From assembly GCF_030684315.1 (NCBI RefSeq), contig NC_081354.1, positions 77,885,222 to 77,949,221 of the forward strand: 64,000 bases of DNA. The letters are read 5' to 3'. This stretch comes from Stegostoma tigrinum. Lineage: Eukaryota. Position numbers and translations under genes: made by a program. Every line of letters starts with the position of its first letter. The first letter of the stretch is position 1. The notes under the pieces are model-generated. The model ran no database searches and was not told where the DNA came from. It saw only the letters and a list, made by a program, of their open reading frames with translations. Below are positions 50,239 to 62,349 of the stretch, piece after piece.

Positions 50239-52858
50239 AGAAGAGGTGGAAAAGGTGGAATTAATCAAGAAGGTGACACCAGAATGGATGAGCAATGGTA
50301 GCAATGAAACCATCTTGAAAACTGAAAGTTATCCAAACAATCTTAATAAAGCCCTGAAGTGATGTCATTGTCTGTTTCTGACTATTGAAGGAATTTTGTC
50401 ACCATTTGCTCACGCAAAAATCTTCACAATTCTAAATGTGAAGAATATTTACTGACAAAGTGAAGCAAGATGAAAATCTGCAGCTTTTTAATTACATTCT
50501 GGACACGTTTCAAGAGATACTGATGGTTGTGCATGTCATTTGAAATTTCCACTGCTCCAGAAAGATATCAATGTGGATGATAAGAAGAAGTTAGTGATCT
50601 TACTGGAGTGGAAGCTATAGCAGATGAGCTGATAGTTTAATGATTCAGAGGCTGCATCAATAGAAGAAGTAATTGCTGACCATGATCAAAATCTCATGTA
50701 ATTGCTTGACAGAGCTCAACAGGTGAATCTGACTTTGAACAAAAAAAAGTTACAAATAATGATGCCCAAAGTCAAGTAACCAGACCATGTACTGACAGCG
50801 ATAGGTCTTTACCCAGCTCCAGAAAGGGTGCGAGCTGTCACAGTATTGCACTGACCAATGGGTGCAAAAGCAGAGCAATAACTTGTTCAATTTGTTAACA
50901 CTTTGGCAAAATTCTTGTCCAGTTTGCCATTGGCGAGTGAACCATTATACTCACAACCAAGAATGTTCAGTGCTTTTGGAGCATGGAACAAGCAGCATTC
51001 ACTGAAATCAAGCCTTTAGCAATTGCAACACCAATAGTGTTGATCAATGAGAAGTCAGCCTGCAGTGTGACACTGATGAGACACGACTTGGAGCAATCCT
51101 ATTGCAGCAATGACAGCTGGTCGCATCAGCACCCAGGACGCTGATATAAACAGAAACAGGTTATCCCCAGATTGAGAAAGACTACCTAGTATTGTCATTA
51201 CTCATGCACATTTCCATGAATACCTACTTGGAAGTAACAATGTGACAGTCGTGTTCAATCACAAGTCACTTCAAGGCATTTTTCTCAAGCTGCTTCTATC
51301 TGCTCCAAAGTGTCTGCAAAGAATGTAACTCTGATTGCAGGGATATTACCTAGAAATAACATACAAACAATGGAAATATGCTGTTGAGAGAAGCTCATAT
51401 TGCTCTGGAACTCATCAACCTGGTGGAAACACTGAATATAACAGACTTAGTGCCTTGCTCCATTCAAGAAAGCTATCTAGCAAGATGCAAATCTCCCACT
51501 GTTCCAAGAAGTAGTGATAAAGGATAGCCGGTGAGCATCGGACAGTACCACAGCATTTTGGGTATACAGAGGTGAATTGACAGCCCAAGGTGGCCTATTG
51601 CATAAAGGAAATAGTCATTATCTTGAAGGATTTGAGAGGAGAGATGTTAAAGTGCATCCATTCAGGTCACTGAAGAATTGAGTCAAGTCTGAGGAAGGTG
51701 AGAGACATGCTGTATTGGCCAAACATGAGTAACAGAAGAAGGGACCACATTGGGCAGGACAGAGCTTGTAAATAATATTGAGCTAAGCAAACTAGAGCAT
51801 TGTTGATGACATCCCAGATAAACCATAGATGAAGGTGGAATTAGATCTTATCACACTCAGGAACTGATTACCTTGTCACAGCAGAGTAAGATTCTGACTC
51901 ATTGGTAGTGGACCTGCTATGTTCAATAATGGTGTGTGTTGAATATTCAATTTACACACTATTCTACTCCCAATGTTATTGCCAGTGAAGAATTCAGTAG
52001 CTTCATAAAAAATTCGGGAAATTCAATCTGACACATCATCCCCACGTTATCCAGAGTCAAAAGGAAAGGCTTGAGGTGGCAATGAAAATTCTAAAGGAAT
52101 CATAAAGAAATCAAGTAAATCCTGCCCAGATGTGCACACAGCAATCCTCGAGTGGAGAAGCACACATACTGAGGGCTTGGAAAGTAGTCCAGTGCAAAGA
52201 CTAAAGTCAATCCACACCCAAATTACTGTTCCAAAAGCAAAAAAAAAAAATGGAAGCCAGAAATAGTAACAGGTGTGAGTGAAAAAGCACGATCAACTGG
52301 CAGAAAACCAAATTTTATTTTGCCAAGACTGTTAAAACATTGCAAGATCCAGTCAGGGTACAAATATTCAACAAAAGCCAGCCCAAGTGGCAACTTGAAA
52401 CCAGCATGGAGCAGATATAACCCACTTCACAGGTGGTGGAAGTGAGCTGCCAGATATACTGTTGCAACCACAGGCACGTACACTTGGCTGAGAAGCTGTT
52501 CCAATACTGCAGGCAGCTGATTGGGAAGAGATGAAGCACCACCTACACATCAACCATCAGATACTGAGGTCCACAGCAACACAAAAACAGAAACAGCACA
52601 ACAACTACTGCAGCAATCCAAATAACACTTCCTGCCGAAGGGACATCACGGAGAATGAACTGCCAATTATGACAGCATGTGCACATACCATGGAGAGACT
52701 AGCATGATTTCAGGACTATGTATCCAATGCATACACAGAGACTGGTGAAAATAATGAAGTGCTAAGGCATGAGAATATTACTGTATATAGTTGGTGATTT
52801 GGTTATCTAAAACTACCTGCGTGACAATACATACCTTTTTTGTAGAACAATAAGAGGG

Positions 52859-53023
52859 TAATTGGATTGAAATGCAACCATATATAAATGTCTGTCCTAG
52901 TGTGCTATTGTCATGTGACTTCTAAGATGAGGCAATCAGCCTAGAGGCAGACATCTTAAGTTTCACTTCAATAAAGACTTTGTGTTGAACACCATGCTGC
53001 TCAGTCCAGACCAAATATCCAGC
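52859..53023 (+). repeat. 3' LTR
   Basis: tgcaaccatatataaatgtctgtcct...catgtgacttcta...aggcagac...ttcacttcaataaagactttgtgttgaacac; retains TATA-like and AATAAA motifs. Confidence 0.8.
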
Positions 53024-54397
53024 GTCTGCACTATTGGTACCTTAGTTTTAAGACTCTGTGGAGACCAGGATGTTCTACTAGTTATAGTTGTACTCAAAGT
53101 CCTCTATTAGAAATATTCAGAGCAGCACTCCTTACATGAAGAGTTTTATTTTTGTTATAAATTCTGTACCTACAAAGAGACAATGAGAAACATAGAATAA
53201 AGTACATGAGAAAAAAGTGAAAGATAGTGAAAGAAAGGTCAGAACAGAGAACATATTAATGTCACTTTAATGTCCCTGGGGCCTATGTATATTTGTGTTT
53301 ATGTTTCTGCTATAATTTATGTTTATAATTGAGAATTTCACCCTTATCAAATTTAACAGCTATGACTTTCAACAGATATTTCTGAGAGACCCACATGGCC
53401 TACAGGAAGTTGGGCTCATCATAAAGAAACAAACATTCACCCCTCTTACTTCCCTCTCCCTATACGATAACTTCACCTTGTTCTGAGGTGCTGGATCATA
53501 CACATGGAATGGTCCTAAATTCCTCAGCTTCCTGGGCTGATCCAACCTGTCTCAGCTGGCATTGTTTTGGAGTAGGGAGGCAATCTGAGTGGTACCAATG
53601 TCCCCAGGGTGGTAACGAAAAACATATTATCCACAGAGCCTGATCCTGATCACTAATAATTCCTGCGGGAAAATATGTGGGAAATTTGGGTGAAAACAGA
53701 TTCAGGATTAAATGTGATCCTGTAGTGATGAAACAACCTGACACCTGGAATGGGGTCATTTGGACAACCATGAAGGGCTATTTTTGATAGTGGGGTCACA
53801 CCCAGTGTAAAGCAGCAACTTCAGGAAAAGGGGAAAGCAAAGAGGGGCAAATCTGGACAAAGATTACAATTTTGAATCCAAAAGCCAATGCAACAGTAAT
53901 TTGTTGTGTTTGATATTTATTGCATTATACTGGGAGTAATGCAAATTGTGATTCAGTTGGTATAACAGCAAAACAATAAAGAGCCATTAATGCTTTGGTG
54001 AGGGAGGGGTACCCAAAGTAGTAGCCCATATGCAAAACACCACATTTTCTCAGCTAGGCCTTTGCTGAATGGATTTTTATAACAAATCATCGAATATTTT
54101 GAGCAAGGTCCTTTTACAAATTTTACGACAATTCTCTTCATACGTGTAAATACCTGTGGAAAAATATGTTTTGCTGAACCTGGAGGAAAACTAAAGTAGG
54201 CCCAAAATCTCCAGTCTTTTCGGATTACAGTACAATTATGCTTCCTAGGTTCTCCACCTCTTGCTTTGCACTTTTCGTAAAAGCTTCTATACGCAGTATA
54301 TTTATATACCTTATTTATAAGTCATCAGTATACTTGTATTAAAAAATATAGATATGAACATAAATTAGAAATTTGGACTTAAAAGCCCAAAGCTTAC

Positions 54398-54400
54398 CAT
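54398..54400 (-). CDS. Probable ATG-only first coding exon of the VAMP8-like gene (5'UTR extends to ~54510-54550)
   Basis: Minus strand acaaacaacaATG|gtaagc: A at -3, strong donor, upstream in-frame stop, adjacent motif-dense promoter-like region. VAMP8-type genes have an ATG-only first exon. Gives a 101-aa protein. Confidence 0.55.
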
Positions 54401-54559
54401 TGTTGTTTGTGAACTTCTCCTGCCTTTGCCGATAAGTGAAGTGGAAGACAAAATGTTGAACCAGCTGGTTAATATTTAACAACTGGATTACAAAATTATC
54501 ATCGAACGCAAGCCTGTAAGCAGAGCCGATGCAAGATTATTTCCCCTCCTCCTTTCACT

Positions 54560-54700
54560 GAAGCTAGCAGAACATAGGTACAGGTGTTGCCTGTTACAGA
54601 GTGAAACCATAGCAACAGGTGAGGTGCTTCCTGTTCTGCAGGTGTTTACAACACCTGATAGGTTTCTGAACAGGTGTACTTCCTGATTCCCTCCCTCAGA
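54560..54700 (-). promoter_or_regulatory. Candidate promoter/enhancer of the VAMP8-like gene: CAGGTG E-box + ETS cluster
   Basis: CAGGTG at 54581, 54616, 54639, 54671 and CACCTG at 54652; CTTCCTG at 54627 and 54679; TGTTTAC at 54643; RFX-like ccatagcaac at ~54607. Confidence 0.55.
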
Positions 54701-54812
54701 AATATGGCTTTTCCTGGTATTCCTGGCAGTGGTACAGCTAATTCAAAACTTTTTAAAAATACTGTTATGATTTTCACTTACCATCTGCAAAACCTGTTCA
54801 AAATTGCCAGTA

Positions 54813-55382
54813 ACATTATGTGGAGGTTATACAGGATATTGGTGAGGCCTCTTCTGGAATACAGCGTCCAGTTCTGGACACTCAGTTATGGGAAGGATAT
54901 TATCAAGCTGAAGTGTTCAGGAGAGATTTGCCAGGATGTTGCCAGTGATGGAAGGTTTGAATTACAAGGAAAGGTTGGACAGGCTTCGACACTTTTCATT
55001 GGAGCATATGAAGTTGAGAGGTGACCTGACAGAAGTTCATAAAACAATGAGAGGTGACGATTGAGTTGATGGTACTTGTCTTTTCCCTAAGATTGAGAAT
55101 TTCAAAGTAAGGGGGCACATTTTAAAGGTGAGAGGAGAGAGATATAAAAAAGACATAAGAAGCAAATTTTTCACACAGCGGGTGGTTTGCGTGAGGAATG
55201 AACTTCCTGATGAAGTAGTGGATGTGGGTACAATTACAATGTTTAAACGACATTTGGATGGATATATGAATAGGAAATGTTTGGAGGGATATGGGCCAGG
55301 AGCAGGCAGGTGGGGATTATATTTGGCATGGACTGGTTGGACTGAAGGATCTGTTTTCAGGCTGTATAACTCCGTGACTCCA
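54813..55382 (+). mobile_element. CR1 LINE 3' fragment
   Basis: LYRILVRPLLEYSVQFW; FFTQRVV..NELP; tail gctgtataactccgtgactc. Confidence 0.88.
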
Positions 55383-55859
55383 TAAATACCCACATTCTTA
55401 TAGCAATGGAACCATGCCTTTCCCGTGGCATTAAGTACTCCTGACATTTCTCAGTTCTGACCTCTCCATCTTGACCACCAACATTGCTTCAGACAAGCTC
55501 ATTGCAAATGTAGAAACAATGGAGCTTTATTCCACAAAGTCTTAGCTTCTATCAAAAGCCTTGACTGCCACCAACGCAAATGGAAATTTCTACAGGCACA
55601 CTACAGGCAATTTTTCAATTGCTAAGTACAAACGGGCTGGGGTTGTGGTGGTGATGGTAATATAGATGATTTTTCCCAGGCAAAGGGCCATTGGTTTTGG
55701 ACAAGTCTGGGAACTGAATCCCCTAAAAGTGACACTGAATTGGATAGGGCTCCTGACATCATCCCATCCTTCTGCAACTTTCACAAGGCTATGACTGAAG
55801 ATGAGCAAGGAATATCTGTGCAGCTATAATTAAAACATTCAAATTGCTCATGGTGTATA

Positions 55860-56780
55860 TCTGGAATCTTCAGTTCTGGGTTTTCCAGCCGGAATACCTG
55901 TTTTCAGGATCGCTGAGCAAGTGAACAACTGGCACAGCTTCTTCAGTGAAATTGACAGGCTGGCAAGGCTTTGATCAGTGAAATTGAAGAGCTCCAGTCG
56001 TGCTGTTCAAAGCATGTCTTCTCTTTGTCAACTTTCTGGAAGTCTCTTTGCTGACCTACCATTTGCATCTCCTTCAAACGCACTTGCCAACTGCCAACCT
56101 CCAACACGACATGTGAGCAAGATATGCAGCACCCCAGCTCGAACCTCTGATGAATGGCAGCACTGACACCATCAGCACCAGCAGTAATCCCAGTTGTCTT
56201 CTCCTCAACCAAAGCACATCTTATGAAAGGGTGAACACAAAAATCCAGCTGGAAGAAGGCAAGACCCACAAAATAATGTCTACGGGGAGAGGATCAGCTC
56301 TCTGACCATGTCTGTGCTGCAATGCCTCAAGCCTTAGTGTCTTGCAGCAGGCCACAGCTGCTGACATCTACAGCCACCTGGGAAAGCACCCCCTTCCTCG
56401 TGGACCACATCTGTAAGGCAAATGGCTTCTCTCCATTCCTGTGTTTGTTTACTGTATCCTCAAGTATTGAAGTGCAGATGAACCATTGCAATGTTGGAGA
56501 CCCCTTCAGGAGAAATAATTTCTGTATCAGACCCAGCAGTTAGAACCATTGATTGACCCTAGAATCCAGAAGCAATGGGTACATGCACAGTGGGGGAGTC
56601 TGTTCAGATGACAGACTAGCACATTTTCCAATTAGCCTTTGGTTGTTAAATACAGGCTGCCCCTTAAAGGGAAGCTGCACTGGCTGGCTGCCAAACAGAC
56701 AAAGGGCATATTGCAGGTTGTCCCATCCTGCCATCCAAAGTGTCACTCACTGCCCATACCAACTGCCCTGATGCCACTTA
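55860..56780 (-). mobile_element. Possible decayed PIF/Harbinger (Myb/SANT-like) DNA-transposon remnant; similar pieces at ~43930-44650 and 45540-46130
   Basis: Compositional and motif resemblance only; no intact ORF. Confidence 0.3.
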
Positions 56781-57017
56781 ATGTTTTGTGGGGTATTAAT
56801 TGACCAAAAGCAAAACTTCTGACCCCTTCAGGGAAGGTTGACAGATTTGAAAGAGCTGTTTGCAGATTTGAACATATTGTTGTGTAAGGATGTCATGAAA
56901 AGGTTTTTGTTTGTTGCTTTTTTTGTTGGACAACAGCCAAGTGCGTATGCTCTGATGGAATGTCGTGGTGGGTAAGGGTCGGTCCATGCTGGTGCAGAGA
57001 GGTGGTTTCTCGGAAAT

Positions 57018-57895
57018 TAGAAACATACAGAAAATAAGAGTAGGAGTAGGCCATTTGGCCCATTGAGCTTGGTCTGCATTCAGTGTGATCATGACTGATC
57101 CTCTATCTCAATGTTAAATTCTCTCCTCATATCCTTAATGCCTATAATTTCTAGAAATCTATTTCTGTCTTAACCATATTCAGTGACTTGGCCTCCCTTC
57201 TGCAGTGGAGAATTCCAAAGTTCACCACCCTCTGAGGGAATAATAATACAGCAGTGTGCTCTCAGCAATGCTACAGTAAAACTTTCTTGCTCCTGGACTC
57301 AAACCCTCTTGTGTAAAGGCCAACATACCATTTAGTTTCCCTGCTGCTTACTGCCTGATTGGAACCTGATAAGACGTCTTACCACACCCAGTTACAAGGG
57401 GTGCAGGAAGATAACTGCATAGTAATCATGCTTCAGTGTATGCAACATCGAGACCAAGGCACTGGCAGCACAGCTTTACTTGAGGCTCGCTCTTCATTGC
57501 AAACTCCCTGTTTGCAGTCCAGATGAGTGCCAGGCAAGTCACTGCTGTGGAGGACCAACTCAGACAGTGCTAGTCAGATGCAGTCTCATTGGGCTGAGGC
57601 TAAGGCAGAAAGACTTGCATCAAGACACCTTAAAATGGATGCATAGTGTGAGGTGGAATTTCTTCTCTCAGAGCTTTAGCAGCATTCTTTACTGTAGAGG
57701 CTGTTGTGGCTAGGTGGTTAAGTAAATTCAAGGCTAAGATCAGCAGATTTTTATTCAATAAGGAAATCAAAGATTTGGAGAAAAGGCAAGAAGGTGTAGT
57801 TGAGGATTATCAGATCAGCTGCGATCTCATTGAATGGCAGAGCAGGCTCAATGGTCTGAATGTCCTACTTTTCCCCCTACATGTTATGATTTTAT
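57018..57895. mobile_element. Two CR1 3' fragments (57018-57350 minus; 57630-57895 plus)
   Basis: agaaacatacagaaaataagagtaggagtaggcc..., and ggaatttcttctctcagag...gaatggcagagcaggctc...cctact. Confidence 0.7.
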
Positions 57896-59189
57896 TGATG
57901 CATTAAGTGTATGCATAACATGACAACCTTCACACCAAGAAAGACAAATGACCCCTCTGTGTTTATGCCACCTTTGTTCATTTCTCTTCAGCTTTTAGTA
58001 CCATGCAACTAGGAAGGAAAACAAAATGAAAGAACTAATTATGGATTTTATGGAAAAAAAGCACTTAATGATATTGTTCTTGTGACGATTCATGATGTGA
58101 ATATTGGAATAGTCACCAGTTTAAAATAAGTTGAATGGTTGAAGCGAGCAGGATAGAGTGTTGGCAATCAAGGCATATACATGATTATAATGTCAGAAAA
58201 CTTAAGTCCTTTTGAATTGATCCCACAATCATGAAACCTTTATATATGACTTTAGTAGAGAATAAGATGCTTGTTTGATGTCTCTCTTTGTATTGTTATC
58301 TTAGAAAAGGAGACTGTTTGAATTGTTGAACCAGAAAGGGAAGCCATTTGATGTGCAAATCTCTCTTGATGTAATCTGTTCTTGAGAAAAGTGAAGATGC
58401 CATGAACAGCGAAAATCACCCCTTGACTCAGTATTATCATCCGATGCACTCAGGGAAATGGGCATAATCCCTCAGATGTAGGACAAATTGTTTCTTGAAC
58501 TTGTTTACACCTTTATACACAAACACTTATAATGAGTTGATGAATACATGATATATATGTATGATGGGAGTAATTAATCTCTTTGCTGTGTTTTCTCATT
58601 ACTTATTCCTTGTCAATGTTATGGTTTTACTGCCTCATTGATTAAAACCATTTCATATATTAAAATAATCAAGTTAGATGCCCGTGATTTATTCTTCATG
58701 GTTATAATTAATTTATACATTTAAAATAGCTCAAAATGAATTTTCCATAGATAATAAACTGAACTTGATTTGACATTCAAACATTTTCATGTTCGCAACC
58801 TGGTCAACAATCTCAGAACTCAGTGTTGACTGGAGATAATCTCTTAGAATTCCTCTGCAGTTATTTGCTGAACATACCATTGGATATTGAATACATACAT
58901 TAACATTGAAACCTGGAAATTAATTATTAACATCATGTCGAAAGAAGTCTTGTCAGATTGATCAGTGCTAGTTTCAGAAAGCAAAGAATTCATTTTAACT
59001 CTGATTACAACAGAATTCTGAGAACTACAAAATGTTTTGCATTCATTGTAGAGAAAAGTAACAGCTTTTAGTAACGGCTAAAAGTAAAAGGCTGACAATA
59101 CTAATGCTGACAATAAAAATGTAGTGAGTCAATGCTGGAGATCATGCATATCTTTAGGTGCATGAATATGTGACTTTAAAATATTTAAA

Positions 59190-59315
59190 ATAAAACAAAG
59201 AACTACGGACACTGGAAATCAGAAACAAAGCCAGAAATTTCTGGAGAAACTGGCAGCATCTGTGAGAGAAAGCAGAGTTAATGTTTTGAGTCCAGTGACT
59301 CGTCTTCAGCTTTCA
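59190..59315 (-). mobile_element. Penelope-type terminal repeat with decayed hammerhead
   Basis: Minus strand CTGAAGA-cgagtcactggactc-AAAACATT; homologous to 1310-1450. Confidence 0.6.
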
Positions 59316-60124
59316 GATGATGTTAGTACATTTGTCAGCAAAATCTGGATTGTTCACCACTGGAACCATAATGTTTGAGATTTTGGAACCTGCTGGGATA
59401 CCTCATTACACAAGTGGAGAGTTCTTAAAGGAAGCAACCCAAGAGCTCTTAAAGAAGGATGTACAATCTAACATTACTGCCTCCAAATAATAACAATGTA
59501 GCCAGTCATTCCTGATCTAGTAAGAAATCCCAGCGCCAACAACTTGTGTGGGAAGTGACTTTGTCCAAATGCTGGTGTGTAGCCAATCTGTGAATATTTT
59601 TATTCTTAATCAGATGTATTTTAAAAATAACATTTAATACCAGAGAACAGTTGTTCTTTGACTGGAAAAGGGCGTACACTGGAATTTCTCAAGAGGCTTT
59701 TGTTAATATACATGAATGACTCGTACCTTGGTCTATATGGCACAATTTCAAAACTTACAGGTGACACATTTGGAAGGTTTGTGATAAACCCCAAGAATGA
59801 CATAGGCTACTGGGCAGATGGCAAATGAAATTCCATGGAGAACGTGAGCTGAACTTTTCACATTCAGTCTTGTTCTAGTTGGCTTGTCTCCCGTCATAAG
59901 CAAGCAAAAGCAAAGGTACAAAAGCAAGGTGGGTGAGAGAAAATTTGAATAAGGTCAGAAATGACTGGAAATACTTAACAAGTCTGTCAGCAACGGGCTG
60001 GATTGATGGCTTCCTGCAGTTGGTGTACAGGTTCTGTAAAATATTGTGGGTGTGAAAGCCACTACCCACCTGCCTGTGCCAAGACCTCAGGACCAACATC
60101 ACAAGAAAAATAATACATTTATTA

Positions 60125-60358
60125 ACATATACCTCTGTTCCCACGTATGGTAGTGAAGCAAACGGCCAGGCCATACAGACCATAAGGCTGCGGTCTCATT
60201 GGAGGCAGATGATTTAAGCTGAAGGTCACCACACCTGAATCAAGGGGAAAGGCTGAGAAATATGGCCTTGATGGAAGCCTCTGTGGGTGCGGAAATTGAA
60301 CCCATGCTAACGGTATCGACTTGCATTGCAAACCACCATCCAACAATTCAGCTAACCA
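60125..60358 (-). mobile_element. tRNA-derived SINE
   Basis: Minus strand head ggttagctgaattg...gggttcaatttcc (A/B boxes). Confidence 0.6.
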
Positions 60359-60599
60359 AAAAGATATGATGGCCAAATTAGGGCGCAGAAAGAAAGTAGA
60401 GATAAGGGAGGAATGTGAACATCCCAACGCAGACTGGGTTAGTAATTAGGTAAGGGGATAGACAGGGAGAGGGTGGGAGCAGTTTCTTGAAGAATTCTAC
60501 ATTTCTGACTATGAATGGTCCTTCCTAGAGTAACTGCACTGGGCGTAAAGCTCTTTGAGACAGCCTGGAGGAGATCCCCATGTAACACCTGCAGTGGGA

Positions 60600-60745
60600 A
60601 ACACCCCTATGACATCATCATTGACGCCTCAGCGCGTGGATCACGTGACCCCGGTCGGGGGGGCGGGGGGAGAGAGAAAGAAGTACACCGGAAGTGAATC
60701 GACGTTTCCGGGACACGTTGCGCCGGGGAGGTCAGTGCCTGGAGA
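60600..60745 (+). promoter_or_regulatory. OSTC: OSTC promoter / small CpG island
   Basis: CpG-rich; TGACG (60622), TCACGTGA (60641), GC box (~60660), ETS CCGGAAGT (60688). Confidence 0.75.
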
Positions 60746-60884
60746 ATGGAGGCTATGTTCGCGCTGCCTTTCGTGGTGCTGGAATGTCCCAACGTGAAGC
60801 TGAAGAAGCCCGGGTGGCTCCACATGCCGTCCGCCATGACCGTCTACGCTCTGGTCATCATCTCCTATTTCCTCATCACCGGCG
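60746..60884 (+). CDS. OSTC: Oligosaccharyltransferase complex subunit OSTC (DC2), exon 1; gene continues beyond the window
   Basis: ATG 60746; [47 protein letters not shown]|gtgagt, 139 nt, near-identical to the vertebrate OSTC N-terminus. Confidence 0.95.
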
Positions 60885-61159
60885 GTGAGTGAGCGAGTGA
60901 TCTCCGCCCCGTCTCCCGGAGCAACCGGCCTGAGGTGACGCTGGGATACAGTGTAGATTTGCTCGTGAAGGAGGGCGTCTCACTTTGAGCCCATTCTTGT
61001 CTTAATTCTGAGTTTACAGAGTCAAACACTGAGTCTTCTGTTGACCAAGTTTCCTCAGTTTGGTAAATTTGCTGATGAGCAAAAGTAGTTAGAAAAGTAA
61101 GTTGAGTAGCGGACGTGTGGAATGTGCAAAGGGATAGCAACAAATTGGAGTATAATATG

Positions 61160-61700
61160 GGAAATCTTAAACTATAAAGCGTCTATGGCGCAGGAAAGGG
61201 CTACTTGACCTATCATTATTCCCGCTGGAATAAATGCCACCTAACCATAATCACACTTTCCCTTATTTTGCCCACAGCTGGTTGAGGCATTTGAGCTGTA
61301 TACTGAGACACCTTTTCAATGAATTGAGGTTTACCATTTCCAGGACCAACCAGAAAGAAAATCATCGTCACCCCCATAATTGTTCTATGAATCACTTGTA
61401 ATCTGTGTCTCCTAGATACTGACCACTTTGCTAAAGTAAACAGACCCTTGCACTCCTTTCTGTGTGGGCCCCCTTCAGATATGATCATCTGAATCAAATC
61501 TCTCCAGAGCCCCTCCTGTACCAAGGAGAACAGCCTCTGTCTCTTCAACACTTTCCCCCACATCTGCCATTCTGAGGTCCTGGTGACATCTTCACAAATA
61601 TGCCCTTTTTGCAATGACCAGACTAGTGCACACTGCTGCCTAAATAACACATAATTTATACAGCTTCAGCATTGCCATTCTATTCTTATTTTGGCCATAT
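61160..61700 (-). mobile_element. Old CR1 LINE 3' fragment in OSTC intron 1
   Basis: ORF 61216-61650 LKRQRLFSL...RDLIQ; degenerate reverse CR1 tail. Confidence 0.55.
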
Positions 61701-62349
61701 AGGAAAACTCTTTTTTTGATCATTTGGGGGATATGGGCTGGGCCAGCATTTATTACCTGTCCCTAGTTGCCCTTGAGAAGGTGGTGGTGAGCTGCTGTAT
61801 TGAACTGCTGCAGCCTGTAGACCCACGATGCTGTTAGGGAGGGATCCTGTGTACCAATGAAAGTGAAATAAATGTCATATTTCTAAGTAAGGATAGTGAG
61901 TGGCTTGCAAGTGATGGTCTTAACCAACATATTTATCTGATTTGTAGACATTCACTCCGTCCTTAACTTCCATTGCATCCCTCTGTATTTTCCCATTAAT
62001 TGGAAATTCAGTTGCCTTGTTTGACCTCCAGATGCATCACTCCTCACTTGTCAAGAAGTGTATGCCATTTGCACTAGACTTGCGGTCAGGTGCAATTTCG
62101 CATGGTGAGTATTAAGAATTTGGAGACAGTATGGGAACAGCACTGGATAAATTGAAGCCCAGAATCAGGGGCCAGCACGAGTGACATGACAGGCAAACCA
62201 TAAATTCATTGGTGTTAGCTACTAATAAGTTACTTTCAGATTGAAGGTAGATAGGGGAAATATTTATAGGTTACAAACTTAAGGATGAGTCTGAAATTTT
62301 TTAAAAATTAAATTAAGAACTAAGTAGTAAAATGGAGGTGCCAAGCCAG

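Larger units (their letters stand above)
48987..53023 (+). mobile_element. Decayed full-length Ty3/Gypsy LTR retrotransposon (gag-RT-RNaseH-IN) with both LTRs
   Basis: Direct repeats at ~48987-49144 and ~52859-53023; purine-rich PPT-like tract ~52844-52858; remnants of gag (49210-49900), RT (LNKAL), RNase H (YPQIEK), integrase (LYWPNM, SSPRYPES.GKA). Confidence 0.85.
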
